Source: Chrysomallon squamiferum | Lineage: Eukaryota; Animalia; Mollusca | DNA length: 64,000 nucleotides | Direction: 5' to 3' | NCBI GenBank assembly: GCA_012295275.1 | Contig: CM022678.1 | Location: 13,950,001-14,014,000, forward strand | Part shown: positions 38,601 through 51,221 of the stretch, piece by piece | How the letters are laid out: every line of letters starts with the position of its first letter | Position numbering within the stretch: the first letter of the stretch is position 1 | Notes under the pieces: generated by a model | Database searches by the model: none | Seen by the model: the letters and a program-made list of their open reading frames with translations, nothing else | Told to the model about the DNA's origin: nothing | Position numbers and translations under genes: made by a program

Positions 38601-41600
38601 GAGCGCGAGCGGTTGCGAGGTGCGTTCGTCTCTTCTCAACAAACAGAAACACGCACTACCTCATCAAAATCAGATGCAATGATTAACCCTTTACACCGTT
38701 TAAACAACTGCTTGAGATCTGAACGCCTTCAATGCAGTCTCTTATGTGTGCGTACGATTGAAAGTTTCGGTGTGCGAGCGGTTGCGACGGGTGTTCGTCT
38801 CTTCTCAACAAACAGAAACACGCACTACCTCATCAAAATCAGATGCAATGATTAACCCTTTACACCGTTTAAACAACTGCTTGAGATCTGAACGCCTTCA
38901 ATGCAGTCTGTTACGTGTGTATACGATTGAAAGTTTCGGAGCGCGAGCGGTTGCGAGGTGCGTTCGTCTCTTCTCAACAAACAGAAACACGCACTACCTC
39001 ATCAAAATCAGATGCAATGATTAACCCTTTACACCGTTTAAACAACTGCTTGAGATCTGAACGCCTTCAATGCAGTCTGTTACGTGTGTATACGATTGAA
39101 AGTTTCGGTGTGCGAGCGGTTGCGACGGGTGTTCGTCTCTTCTCAACAAACAGAAACACGCACTACCTCATCAAAATCAGATGCAATGATTAACCCTTTA
39201 CACCGTTTAAACAACTGCTTGAGATCTGAACGCCTTCAATGCAGTCTGTTATGTGTGCGTACGATTGAAAGTTTCGGTGCGCGAGCGGTTGCGACGGGTG
39301 TTCGTCTCTTCTCAACAAACAGAAACACGCACTACCTCATCAAAATCAGATGCAATGATTAACCCTTTACACCGTTTAAACAACTGCTTGAGATCTGAAC
39401 GCCTTCAATGCAGTCTGTTACTTGTATATACGATTGAAAGTTTCGGAGCGCGAGCGGTTGCGAGGTGCGTTCGTCTCTTCTCAACAAACAGAAACACGCA
39501 CTACCTCATCAAAATCAGATGCAATGATTAACCCTTTACACCGTTTAAACAACTGCTTGAGATCTGAACGCCTTCAATGCAGTCTCTTATGTGTGCGTAC
39601 GATTGAAAGTTTCGGTGTGCGAGCGGTTGCGACGGGTGTTCGTCTCTTCTGAACAAACGGTAACACGCACTACCTCATCGAAATCAGATGTAATGATTAA
39701 CCCTTTATCCCGTTTAAACAACTGCTTGAGATCTGAACGCATTCAATGCAGTCTGTTACGTGTGTATACGATTGAAAGTTTCGGAGCGCGAGCGGTTGCG
39801 AGGTGCGTTCGTCTCTTCTCAACAAACAGAAACACGCACTACCTCATCAAAATCAGATGCAATGATTAACCCTTTACACCGTTTAAACAACTGCTTGAGA
39901 TCTGAACGCCTTCAATGCAGTCTGTTACGTGTATATACGATTGAAAGTTTCGGAGCGCGAGCGGTTGCGAGGTGCGTTCGTCTCTTCTCAACAAACAGAA
40001 ACACGCACTACCTCATCAAAATCAGATGCAATGATTAACCCTTTACACCGTTTAAACAACTGCTTGAGATCTGAACGCCTTCAATGCAGTCTGTTACGTG
40101 TGTATACGATTGAAAGTTTCGGTGTGCGAGCGGTTGCGAGGTGTGTTCGTCTCTTCTCAATAAACGCAACACCTACCAGCTCATCAAAATCAGAAGCAAT
40201 GATTAACCCTTTACACCGTTTAAACAACTGCTTGAGATCTGAACGCCTTCAATGCAGTCTGTTATGTGTGCGTACGATTGAAAGTTTCGGTGTGCGAGCG
40301 GTTGCGACGGGTGTTCGTCTCTTCTCAACAAACAGAAACACGCACTACCTCATCAAAATCAGATGCAATGATTAACCCTTTACACCGTTTAAACAACTGC
40401 TTGAGATCTGAACGCCTTCAATGCAGTCTGTTATGTGTGCGTACGATTGAAAGTTTCGGTGCGCGAGCGGTTGCGACGGGTGTTCGTCTCTTCTCAACAA
40501 ACAGAAACACGCACTACCTCATCAAAATCAGATGCAATGATTAACCCTTTACACCGTTTAAACAACTGCTTGAGATCTGAACGCCTTCAATGCAGTCTGT
40601 TACGTGTATATACGATTGAAAGTTTCGGAGCGCGAGCGGTTGCGAGGTGCGTTCGTCTCTTCTCAACAAACAGAAACACGCACTACCTCATCAAAATCAG
40701 ATGCAATGATTAACCCTTTACACCGTTTAAACAACTGCTTGAGATCTGAACGCCTTCAATGCAGTCTGTTATGTGTGCGTACGATTGAAAGTTTCGGTGC
40801 GCGAGCGGTTGCGACGGGTGTTCGTCTCTTCTCAACAAACAGAAACACGCACTACCTCATCAAAATCAGATGCAATGATTAACCCTTTACACCGTTTAAA
40901 CAACTGCTTGAGATCTGAACGCCTTCAATGCAGTCTGTTACGTGTGTATACGATTGAAAGTTTCGGAGCGCGAGCGGTTGCGAGGTGCGTTCGTCTCTTC
41001 TCAACAAACAGAAACACGCACTACCTCATCAAAATCAGATGCAATGATTAACCCTTTACACCGTTTAAACAACTGCTTGAGATCTGAACGCCTTCAATGC
41101 AGTGTGTTATGTGTGCGTACGATTGAAAGTTTCGGAGCGCGAGCGGTTGCGACGGGTGTTCGTCTCTTCTCAACAAACAGAAACACGCACTACCTCATCA
41201 AAATCAGATGCAATGATTAACCCTTTACACCGTTTAAACAACTGCTTGAGATCTGAACGCCTTCAATGCAGTCTGTTACGTGTGTATACGATTGAAAGTT
41301 TCGGAGCGCGAGCGGTTGCGAGGTGCGTTCGTCTCTTCTCAACAAACAGAAACACGCACTACCTCATCAAAATCAGATGCAATGATTAACCCTTTACACC
41401 GTTTAAACAACTGATTAACCCTTTACACCGATTTAAACAACTGCTTGAGATTGCGACGAACTTCTCAACAAACAGAAACACGCACTGCTCATCAAAATCA
41501 GATGCAATGATTAACCCTTTTTACCGTTTAAACAATTGAAAGTTTCTGAACGCCTTCAATGCAGCGGTTGCGACGATTGAAAGTTTCGGCGCGCGGTGCG

Positions 41601-44600
41601 TTCGTCTCTTCTCAACAAACAGAAACACGCACTACCTCATCAAAATCAGATGCAATGATTAACCCTTTACACCGTTTAAACAACTGCTTGAGATCTGAAC
41701 GCCTTCAATGCAGTCTGTTATGTGTGCGTACGATTGAAAGTTTCGGTGCGCGAGCGGTTGCGACGGGTGTTCGTCTCTTCTCAACAAACAGAAACACGCA
41801 CTACCTCATCAAAATCAGATGCAATGATTAACCCTTTACACCGTTTAAACAACTGCTTGAGATCTGAACGCCTTCAATGCAGTCTGTTACGTGTGTATAC
41901 GATTGAAAGTTTCGGAGCGCGAGCGGTTGCGAGGTGCGTTCGTCTCTTCTCAACAAACAGAAACACGCACTACCTCATCAAAATCAGATGCAATGATTAA
42001 CCCTTTACACCGTTTAAACAACTGCTTGAGATCTGAACGCCTTCAATGCAGTCTGTTACGTGTGTATACGATTGAAAGTTTCGGAGCGCGAGCGGTTGCG
42101 ACGGGTGTTCGTCTCTTCTCAACAAACAGAAACACGCACTACCTCATCAAAATCAGATGCAATGATTAACCCTTTACACCGTTTAAACAACTGCTTGAGA
42201 TCTGAACGCCTTCAATGCAGTGTTGTTATGTGTGCGTACGATTGAAAGTTTCGGTGTGCGAGCGGTTGCGAGGTGTGTTCGTCTCTTCTCAACAAACAGA
42301 AACACGCACTACCTCATCAAAATCAGATGCAATGATTAACCCTTTACACCGTTTAAACAACTGCTTGAGATCTGAACGCCTTCAATGCAGTCTCTTATGT
42401 GTGTATACGATTGAAAGTTTCGGTGTGCGAGCGGTTGCGAGGGGTGTTCGTCTCTTCTCAACAAACAGAAACACGCACTACCTCATCAAAATCAGATGCA
42501 ATGATTAACCCTTTACACCGTTTAAACAACTGCTTGAGATCTGAACGCCTTCAATGCAGTGTGTTATGTGTGCGTACGATTGAAAGTTTCGGTGCGCGAG
42601 CGGTTGCGACGGGTGTTCGTCTCTTCTCAACAAACAGAAACACGCACTACCTCATCAAAATCAGATGCAATGATTAACCCTTTACACCGTTTAAACAACT
42701 GCTTGAGATCTGAACGCCTTCAATGCAGTCTGTTACTTGTGTGTATACGATTGAAAGTTTCGGAGCGCGAGCGGTTGCGAGGTGCGTTCGTCTCTTCTCA
42801 ACAAACAGAAACACGCACTACCTCATCAAAATCAGATGCAATGATTAACCCTTTACACCGTTTAAACAACTGCTTGAGATCTGAACGCCTTCAATGCAGT
42901 CTCTTATGTGTGCGTACGATTGAAAGTTTCGGTGTGCGAGCGGTTGCGACGGGTGTTCGTCTCTTCTCAACAAACGGAAACACGCACTACCTCATCAAAA
43001 TCAGATGCAATGATTAACCCTTTATCCCGTTTAAACAACTGCTTGAGATCTGAACGCCTTCAATGCAGTCTGTTACGTGTGTATACGATTGAAAGTTTCG
43101 GAGCGCGAGCGGTTGCGAGGTGCGTTCGTCTCTTCTCAACAAACAGAAACACGCACTACCTCATCAAAATCAGATGCAATGATTAACCCTTTACACCGTT
43201 TAAACAACTGCTTGAGATCTGAACGCCTTCAATGCAGTCTCTTATGTGTGCGTACGATTGAAAGTTTCGGTGTGCGAGCGGTTGCGACGGGTGTTCGTCT
43301 CTTCTGAACAAACGGTAACACGCACTACCTCATCGAAATCAGATGTAATGATTAACCCTTTATCCCGTTGAAAGACCTGTTTCAGAACTGAACGCATTCA
43401 ATGCAGTCTGTTACGTGTGTATACGATTGAAAGTTTCGGAGCGCGAGCGGTTGCGAGGTGCGTTCGTCTCTTCTCAACAAACAGAAACACGCACTACCTC
43501 ATCAAAATCAGATGCAATGATTAACCCTTTACACCGTTTAAACAACTGCTTGAGATCTGAACGCCTTCAATGCAGTCTGTTACGTGTGCGTACGATTGAA
43601 AGTTTCGGTGCGCGAGCGGTTGCGAGGTGTGTTCGTCTCTTCTCAACAAACAGAAACACGCACTACCTCATCAAAATCAGATGCAATGATTAACCCTTTA
43701 CACCGTTTAAACAACTGCTTGAGATCTGAACGCCTTCAATGCAGTCTCTTATGTGTGCGTACGATTGAAAGTTTCGGTGTGCGAGCGGTTGCGAGGGGTG
43801 TTCGTCTCTTCTCAACAAACAGAAACACGCACTACCTCATCAAAATCAGATGCAATGATTAACCCTTTACACCGTTTAAACAACTGCTTGAGATCTGAAC
43901 GCCTTCAATGCAGTCTGTTATGTGTGCGTACGATTGAAAGTTTCGGTGCGCGAGCGGTTGCGACGGGTGTTCGTCTCTTCTCAACAAACAGAAACACGCA
44001 CTACCTCATCAAAATCAGATGCAATGATTAACCCTTTACACCGTTTAAACAACTGCTTGAGATCTGAACGCCTTCAATGCAGTCTGTTACGTGTGTATAC
44101 GATTGAAAGTTTCGGAGCGCGAGCGGTTGCGAGGTGTGTTCGTCTCTTCTCAACAAACAGAAACACGCACTACCTCATCAAAATCAGATGCAATGATTAA
44201 CCCTTTACACCGTTTAAACAACTGCTTGAGATCTGAACGCCTTCAATGCAGTGTGTTATGTGTGCGTACGATTGAAAGTTTCGGTGCGCGAGCGGTTGCG
44301 ACGGGTGTTCGTCTCTTCTCAACAAACAGAAACACGCACTACCTCATCAAAATCAGATGCAATGATTAACCCTTTACACCGTTTAAACAACTGCTTGAGA
44401 TCTGAACGCCTTCAATGCAGTCTGTTATGTGTGTATACGATTGAAAGTTTCGGAGCGCGAGCGGTTGCGAGGTGCGTTCGTCTCTTCTCAACAAACAGAA
44501 ACACGCACTACCTCATCAAAATCAGATGCAATGATTAACCCTTTACACCGTTTAAACAACTGCTTGAGATCTGAACGCCTTCAATGCAGTCTCTTATGTG

Positions 44601-46330
44601 TGCGTACGATTGAAAGTTTCGGTGTGCGAGCGGTTGCGACGGGTGTTCGTCTCTTCTCAACAAACAGAAACACGCACTACCTCATCAAAATCAGATGCAA
44701 TGATTAACCCTTTACACCGTTTAAACAACTGCTTGAGATCTGAACGCCTTCAATGCAGTCTGTTACGTGTGTATACGATTGAAAGTTTCGGAGCGCGAGC
44801 GGTTGCGACGGGTGTTCGTCTCTTCTCAACAAACAGAAACACGCACTACCTCATCAAAATCAGATGCAATGATTAACCCTTTACACCGTTTAAACAACTG
44901 CTTGAGATCTGAACGCCTTCAATGCAGTCTGTTATGTGTGTATACGATTGAAAGTTTCGGTGTGCGAGCGGTTGCGAGGTGTGTTCGTCTCTTCTCAACA
45001 AACAGAAACACGCACTACCTCATCAAAATCAGATGCAATGATTAACCCTTTACACCGTTTAAACAACTGCTTGAGATCTGAACGCCTTCAATGCAGTCTC
45101 TTATGTGTGCGTACGATTGAAAGTTTCGGTGTGCGAGCGGTTGCGACGGGTGTTCGTCTCTTCTCAACAAACAGAAACACGCACTACCTCATCAAAATCA
45201 GATGCAATGATTAACCCTTTACACCGTTTAAACAACTGCTTGAGATCTGAACGCCTTCAATGCAGTCTGTTACGTGTGTATACGATTGAAAGTTTCGGAG
45301 CGCGAGCGGTTGCGAGGTGCGTTCGTCTCTTCTCAACAAACAGAAACACGCACTACCTCATCAAAATCAGATGCAATGATTAACCCTTTACACCGTTTAA
45401 ACAACTGCTTGAGATCTGAACGCCTTCAATGCAGTCTCTTATGTGTGCGTACGATTGAAAGTTTCGGTGTGCGAGCGGTTGCGACGGGTGTTCGTCTCTT
45501 CTGAACAAACGGTAACACGCACTACCTCATCGAAATCAGATGTAATGATTAACCCTTTATCCCGTTGAAAGACCTGTTTCAGAACTGAACGCATTCAATG
45601 CAGTCTGTTACGTGTGTATACGATTGAAAGTTTCGGAGCGCGAGCGGTTGCGAGGTGCGTTCGTCTCTTCTCAACAAACAGAAACACGCACTACCTCATC
45701 AAAATCAGATGCAATGATTAACCCTTTACACCGTTTAAACAACTGCTTGAGATCTGAACGCCTTCAATGCCGTCTGTTACTTGTATATACGATTGAAAGT
45801 TTCGGAGCGCGAGCGGTTGCGAGGTGCGTTCGTCTCTTCTCAACAAACAGAAACACGCACTACCTCATCAAAATCAGATGCAATGATTAACCCTTTACAC
45901 CGTTTAAACAACTGCTTGAGATCTGAACGCCCTCAATGCAGTGTGTTATGTGTGCGTACGATTGAAAGTTTCGGTGTGCGAGCGGTTGCGAGGTGTGTTC
46001 GTCTCTTCTCAATAAACGCACGTACCTACCAGCTGATCAAAATCAGAAGGAATGATTAACCCTTTACACCGTTTAAACAAGTGCTTGAGATCTGAACGCC
46101 TTCAATGCAGTCTCTTATGTGTGCGTACGATTGAAAGTTTCGGTGTGCGAGCGGTTGCGACGGGTGTTCGTCTCTTCTGAACAAACAGAAACACGCACTA
46201 CCTCATCGAAATCAGATGTAATGATTATCCATTAAGAGCGATTAACCTGCTGGTTGAGAACTTAACGCATTCAATACAGTCTGTTATGTGTACATACGAC
46301 TCAGAGTTTAGTAGTACGAAATGTTGCGAA
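38601..46330. repeat. 169-bp satellite DNA array, ~45 highly similar copies
   Basis: Monomer example 38756-38924; the 169-bp step is visible in the sequence and in the ORF-track starts (38746, 38915, 39084...). Typical monomers carry one GTTTAAAC and one AGATCT site. Confidence 0.98.
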
Positions 46331-47480
46331 GCCGGAGAAGAATTCAGTTTCCTGCTCACTCTATACTGTCATTAAACAATCATAGACACATTGCTTAGAG
46401 AATTCTTCCTTCTGCCATTCTAATAACGTCATCGTTCTGTTAATCCCTCCGGAATACCTCTTTTCTTTCCCTTTCTCTTAGACAGTGTTGTGTCCCTTAT
46501 ACCCGTATTAGACACTTTTTTACACTAATCAGATACACCCAGAATAACTTTTAAACGAGATTTAATGGGCGAAACAGCTGATTCATAGCAGAACACATTC
46601 AGACGTGTCTCGTTTGTCTACGGACAATTGAAAGTTACGTAGTGGGAGAGGTAACGAAGCCGGAGCAGAATTAACTTTTCTTGCTCCCTGCCTACTAGTC
46701 ATTAAACATCACGCACACTTTCCTGCATTGGGACGTGTTCCTTATTCCATTCTAGCAACGTCATCATTCTCTCAATATCTCTGGAATATAGCTTTTCTGT
46801 ACCTTTCTCTCACACTGTACTATGTCTCTTATATCCGTATCGTTGTTTTTTAGACACGCAGGTCACTAAACAGTTATCTCCCTTTTCTGTACTGGGACCT
46901 TTTCCTTATTCCATTCTAGCAACGTCATCGTTCTCTAAATGTCTCTGGAAGAAAACTTTACTTCTCTGATACTGTGCTATGTTTCTTATATCCGTATTGG
47001 CCTTTTTTACACTAGCCACACATACGCAGAACGTCTTTTAAACTAGATTTTATGATTAGTTCTTAACACCGTCGATAGAGCTGCTTGAGGACAGAACACA
47101 TTCAAAACATATGGTTAATGGTACGAGAGGTTTCGATGCAAGAGAAGAATGTACTTTTTTTGCTTCCTGCTACTAGTCATTAAACATTACGCACACTATT
47201 TGGTTTGAGACTGTTTCTTCTACCATTCTAAGAACGTCATCGTTCGTTTAATGTCTCTGGAATACCACTTTGCTTTCCCGTTCACTTTGTTATGTACCTT
47301 ATATCCGTAGTAGTCTTTTCTACAGTAAACGCACACATGCACCACCTGTTTTAACCGAGGTTTACTGATTAGCGCTTAACAGCGTCGGAAAAGAATGTAC
47401 TTGTTTTCTATCCAGAGTGCTCATTATTAAACATGTAGTATATTTAGATGTCTTCCTTCGAGCAATGTCATCGTCCTCTG
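46324..47480. repeat. Decayed ~330-bp tandem units related to the 169-bp satellite
   Basis: cgaagccggag at 46327 and 46655; ccattcta..aacgtcat.gttc recurs four times; parts align by eye to the 169-mer. Confidence 0.8.
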
Positions 47481-47489
47481 AACTGCTTT

Positions 47490-48110
47490 GCAAGATTTCT
47501 CTCTTTGTCTCCTCTTCTCAGACTGCATTATATATCTTATGTCTGTGTGTGTCTTTCTTAGAGTTCAGTTTTTCTGTTACGTGATATTTTTCCTGTGCTC
47601 TGTTGCTTGGCATTCGATGTTATATACATGCTTCATGAGCCTTTTTCTATATCGTTCTATAGTGTACGTATTATATATGTTGTTTTTGCATGTTCGTTTG
47701 GTGTTTGGTGTGATATGTATCTCTGTGTTTCCTGTCCTGTTTTGTCTGGATGATTTGTGTTCCCGATGCTGTTGTTATTGTCTGTGCTTTGGGTCTTTTA
47801 TGTGTGTATATGTGTGTTTGTGTGTTTGTATGAGAGTTTTTTATTTTGTGTAATATGGTATGTATCCTCTGGTGTGTTGTTTTGAATGCTATGGTTTGAT
47901 GTATTGTGTTCCTTATCCTGGTGTGTGTAATATATTCATTGTTGTTCTTCCATGTTTGTGTCTGATTCTGTGTGTTGGTTGTGTGTACCCTTTGTGTTGC
48001 TGTCTGTGTTTTTTATCTGGTGATATTTTTATCTTTGTTTTGTGTTCCCTGTGTGTTAATATAATATCAGGTATTTTTTGGTCGCAGTGTGGATGTGTAG
48101 CTAGAAAACT
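47490..48110. repeat. T/G-rich low-complexity tract
   Basis: Strong strand asymmetry (tgtgtt, tttgtg, very few A) with no fixed period; the Cys/Val/Phe-rich ORFs here are compositional. Confidence 0.75.
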
Positions 48111-50129
48111 GTCTTGATATGTTGATATCTCTATTCCAGACAGTTTTACAAGTCAGCTACGAGACATAATTTTTCGGAGATGACTTCTTACTCAGCCTTA
48201 TCTCTTTATGAGCTTTAGGCCTATTACGGTGATAGGGATCCAATTTATCCCTTATAGGTTCTCGCCTGAACCTCTCAAGGATCCTGTTTCACTCTTTTAT
48301 TGCATTAAACATGGTTTCTTGAAACATTTTGGATCATTAGCATTCAATAATTGACAGGCTATTACACACTGTCGCTGCAAAGATGTCGAAATTGATACCA
48401 TTTTACCCTTGCAAACCATTTCAAGTGATGGCAGTCCATTATTCTCTAATAAAATATGGAAGTGATCACTATTCTAGATGTCAGAACTTCTTTACAGGAG
48501 AAATCATTGTTATTTCTTTTATTATTCAATAAAATAAAATTATTTTTAGGACTCAGGTCTTCTAACTGTTGTCCTTTATTGTTTACTTCATCTCACTCTG
48601 TGATGGAGACCTTAGAAATCACCCATCACTGTAAAAAGTGTCAAGAGTTCCTCAAAGAGATCTTGAACATCTCTGGGATAAAAATGAATAAACCAAACAC
48701 AGTCTAGTAGTTTTATGAGATTTTACTTCTACAGCCACAGCCTATAAATTAACTGAATGATATTCTGGGCAGTATTTACACTGACATCCTGAAATGTGTC
48801 CAGAAGAAAAAACTGCAATAGGATTAACTAGGATTGAATAAACTGTTTTGACTTAATTTGTCAAAGATGGGTGTAAGCCCACAACAGTTCCACTGAATAA
48901 ATAATGTATGTGTCATTACGGGGAACTACGGGAGTTATTTTTTTCTTATCTCTTGGCAGGTTAGATATAGAAGAACAAAGGACCAGAAATCTTGGCCACC
49001 ACTGCAAAGAAGTGACCTTGAAACATCAACATGGATCTATACAGAGTCCCATCAGAAGTTAAGGATGACTTTTCATTCTTAGCCATAATACAGACTCAGT
49101 ATTACAGTGTTAACATATTCAGGTAATTAAAAGAACAATTAAAATCTTTTTACAGATTCACTAGTTTGAACACCGTTTTCCATGGTGGAAGAAAACGTAT
49201 GACTGAGTCTTTGTTATAATTTCAAAGTTTATACTGGAACTATTGAACAGTCCACATGATGAATACTGATTCCCAGAATTAGTTTTTTCTTCTTTTTAAT
49301 CTTTCATTGGTGTTGACACTTATAATGAAAAAGTGTTTAGTGGTTGCAGAGATAGGATATTACATCAGTTTGTCAGAAAGATAAAACCATATAAACTGCA
49401 CATCTTACTTTTCTAGTATATTTTTATTTTTTCTTATTTCCCCTCTCACATCAAAACAGTAATAGGAAGAACAAACAGAAATTATTAAAGTACAAATATT
49501 ATGCAATTCTGGAACCTGTAATGATGATAGATGTTCCCGTTTCTTATGGTATATTTCTATGATTGACTTGTACATTATATTAATTTGTAAAATGACAATT
49601 CAAACATGCAGTTTTTATGAAGGAAAGATAATGTCCAAAAAAGAAAATATCTGTTTGGAATACTTATATAAGTTATCAGTTCTACTTTGTTATTTAATAT
49701 TTATTATAAAGTTATGAGATAAATTACATTTTAAAAATTTCAAGAAATATAACTGAACATAGCGTAAAGTAAGTATCTGGTTTTGGATCTGCAAAAAAGT
49801 TACCAAAACATTTCCTAACATTAAAATTTATTGAAAAATTGCTCATCTTTTGTATGTTCTGCCATTTCAAGCCTTTGTTGACATACTGGATAGCAGCTTT
49901 TGACTCCATATTGAAAAAAATAACAATAATTTTGTTTTTTTAATTTTTAATGTATTATTTATTTATTTGTAATATTTGGCAATTTCCATGAAAAATCTAG
50001 CTATTTGATGTTGGTACTATGTCAGATTAGGATGAACAGATTCACAGAAAAATAACTATCCAATTTCTTGAAATGTTTCTAAATATTGTTAATATAACAT
50101 CTAAACCCATCTGTAGCCTCTAATAGAAG

Positions 50130-50226
50130 TCATTACCATGACCATTATGGTGGTCAATGTAGGTAGAATAGAGGTCAATATTGTGACCATTATAGACATC
50201 ATTGTTGGTATAATAAAAGTCAATAT
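50130..50226 (-). repeat. Inverted orphan fragment of the ~43-46 bp minisatellite
   Basis: tgaccattatggtggtcaatgtaggtagaatagaggtcaatattgtgacc... is the reverse complement of about two units of the 35.6-38.5 kb repeat. Confidence 0.75.
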
Positions 50227-50379
50227 TTATTTTAAATCATTTATTTTCATTACTTCTGTTTACAATAAATTGACTACTATTACATAATTCTATCACTAAA
50301 GACCTTATGTGCTTTACAGTAATAATCATATTTACAAATAAAAACAACTTTTATTATGTTCTATATTTTATTTATTACC

Positions 50380-50411
<32 letters not shown>

Positions 50412-51110
50412 ACAAATAAATAAAAATAATAATGGTTATTAGCACATGAATCATTGTTGTTTTGTAATTTTCTTTTACATCTTTTTTATTTTTATTTTTA
50501 AATAATTATATAAGCTGATATAAATTTTTATCTCTCACTGCATAAGACAGAAAACATTTTTTATTAAAAGAAATATCTAGTTCACTTTTTATTCTTTCCA
50601 TTGTAATTTATGTTTATTTCTTTTGTAAAGATGGTTATTATTTGTTCACTGGTGTTTCATCAAACTGGTTTTTATTATGTCTTATATGAAGTGCAGAAAT
50701 GACAATTAAAAAAAGAAAATGGTAAAGAAATATATATATATATATATATAATATATATATAATAATAAACAAAATAACAAAATAAAAAGTAAAATAAATT
50801 TTATACCACCCGTAATAAAATGCAGCTATTCTATTTAAAAGTGAAATAAAATGATAACGTTTAGCTTTAGTGATACAAAGAAATGTGCTAAATATATTGT
50901 GTACTTTAAATCTGCTTCATATTTAGCCACATCCTCATAATTAATTACGAAGTAAGTATAACAAATGGAGCAGATAGTTAAAAAGTAAATATGTAGTCAT
51001 CATGTCACTGGGTGGACTATGTTCAATAGTTCTTCTAGTGTTGTGAGAAAAAAAAATGTCATCTAAAATGATGTTACGAGTCACTATGAAGGAGTATACA
51101 AATGTTTATA

Positions 51111-51221
51111 CAGTGGTGCCTTGACTTAAGAGTTTAATCCATTCTGTGACTGAGCTCGTAATTCAGTTTGCTCGTATATCAAAATTGACCGGACGTCTGC
51201 TCGTAACTTGTGGTACCACTG
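51111..51221. mobile_element. Tigger/pogo-type MITE (111 bp)
   Basis: TA|cagtggtgcc ... ggtaccactg|TA; left end resembles the 19014 element (cagtggt..cttgactta). Confidence 0.8.

Noticed and set aside
38487-46059. About 40 near-identical 76-152 aa ORFs
   Set aside because: By-product of the 169-bp repeat (169 mod 3 = 1, so frames rotate); mostly GTG/TTG starts, no domain and no splice structure.
38601-46330. CRISPR array or CENP-B box interpretation
   Set aside because: No unique spacers and the context is eukaryotic; the ttcg...cggg words do not have the TTCG-N4-A-N2-CGGG spacing on either strand.
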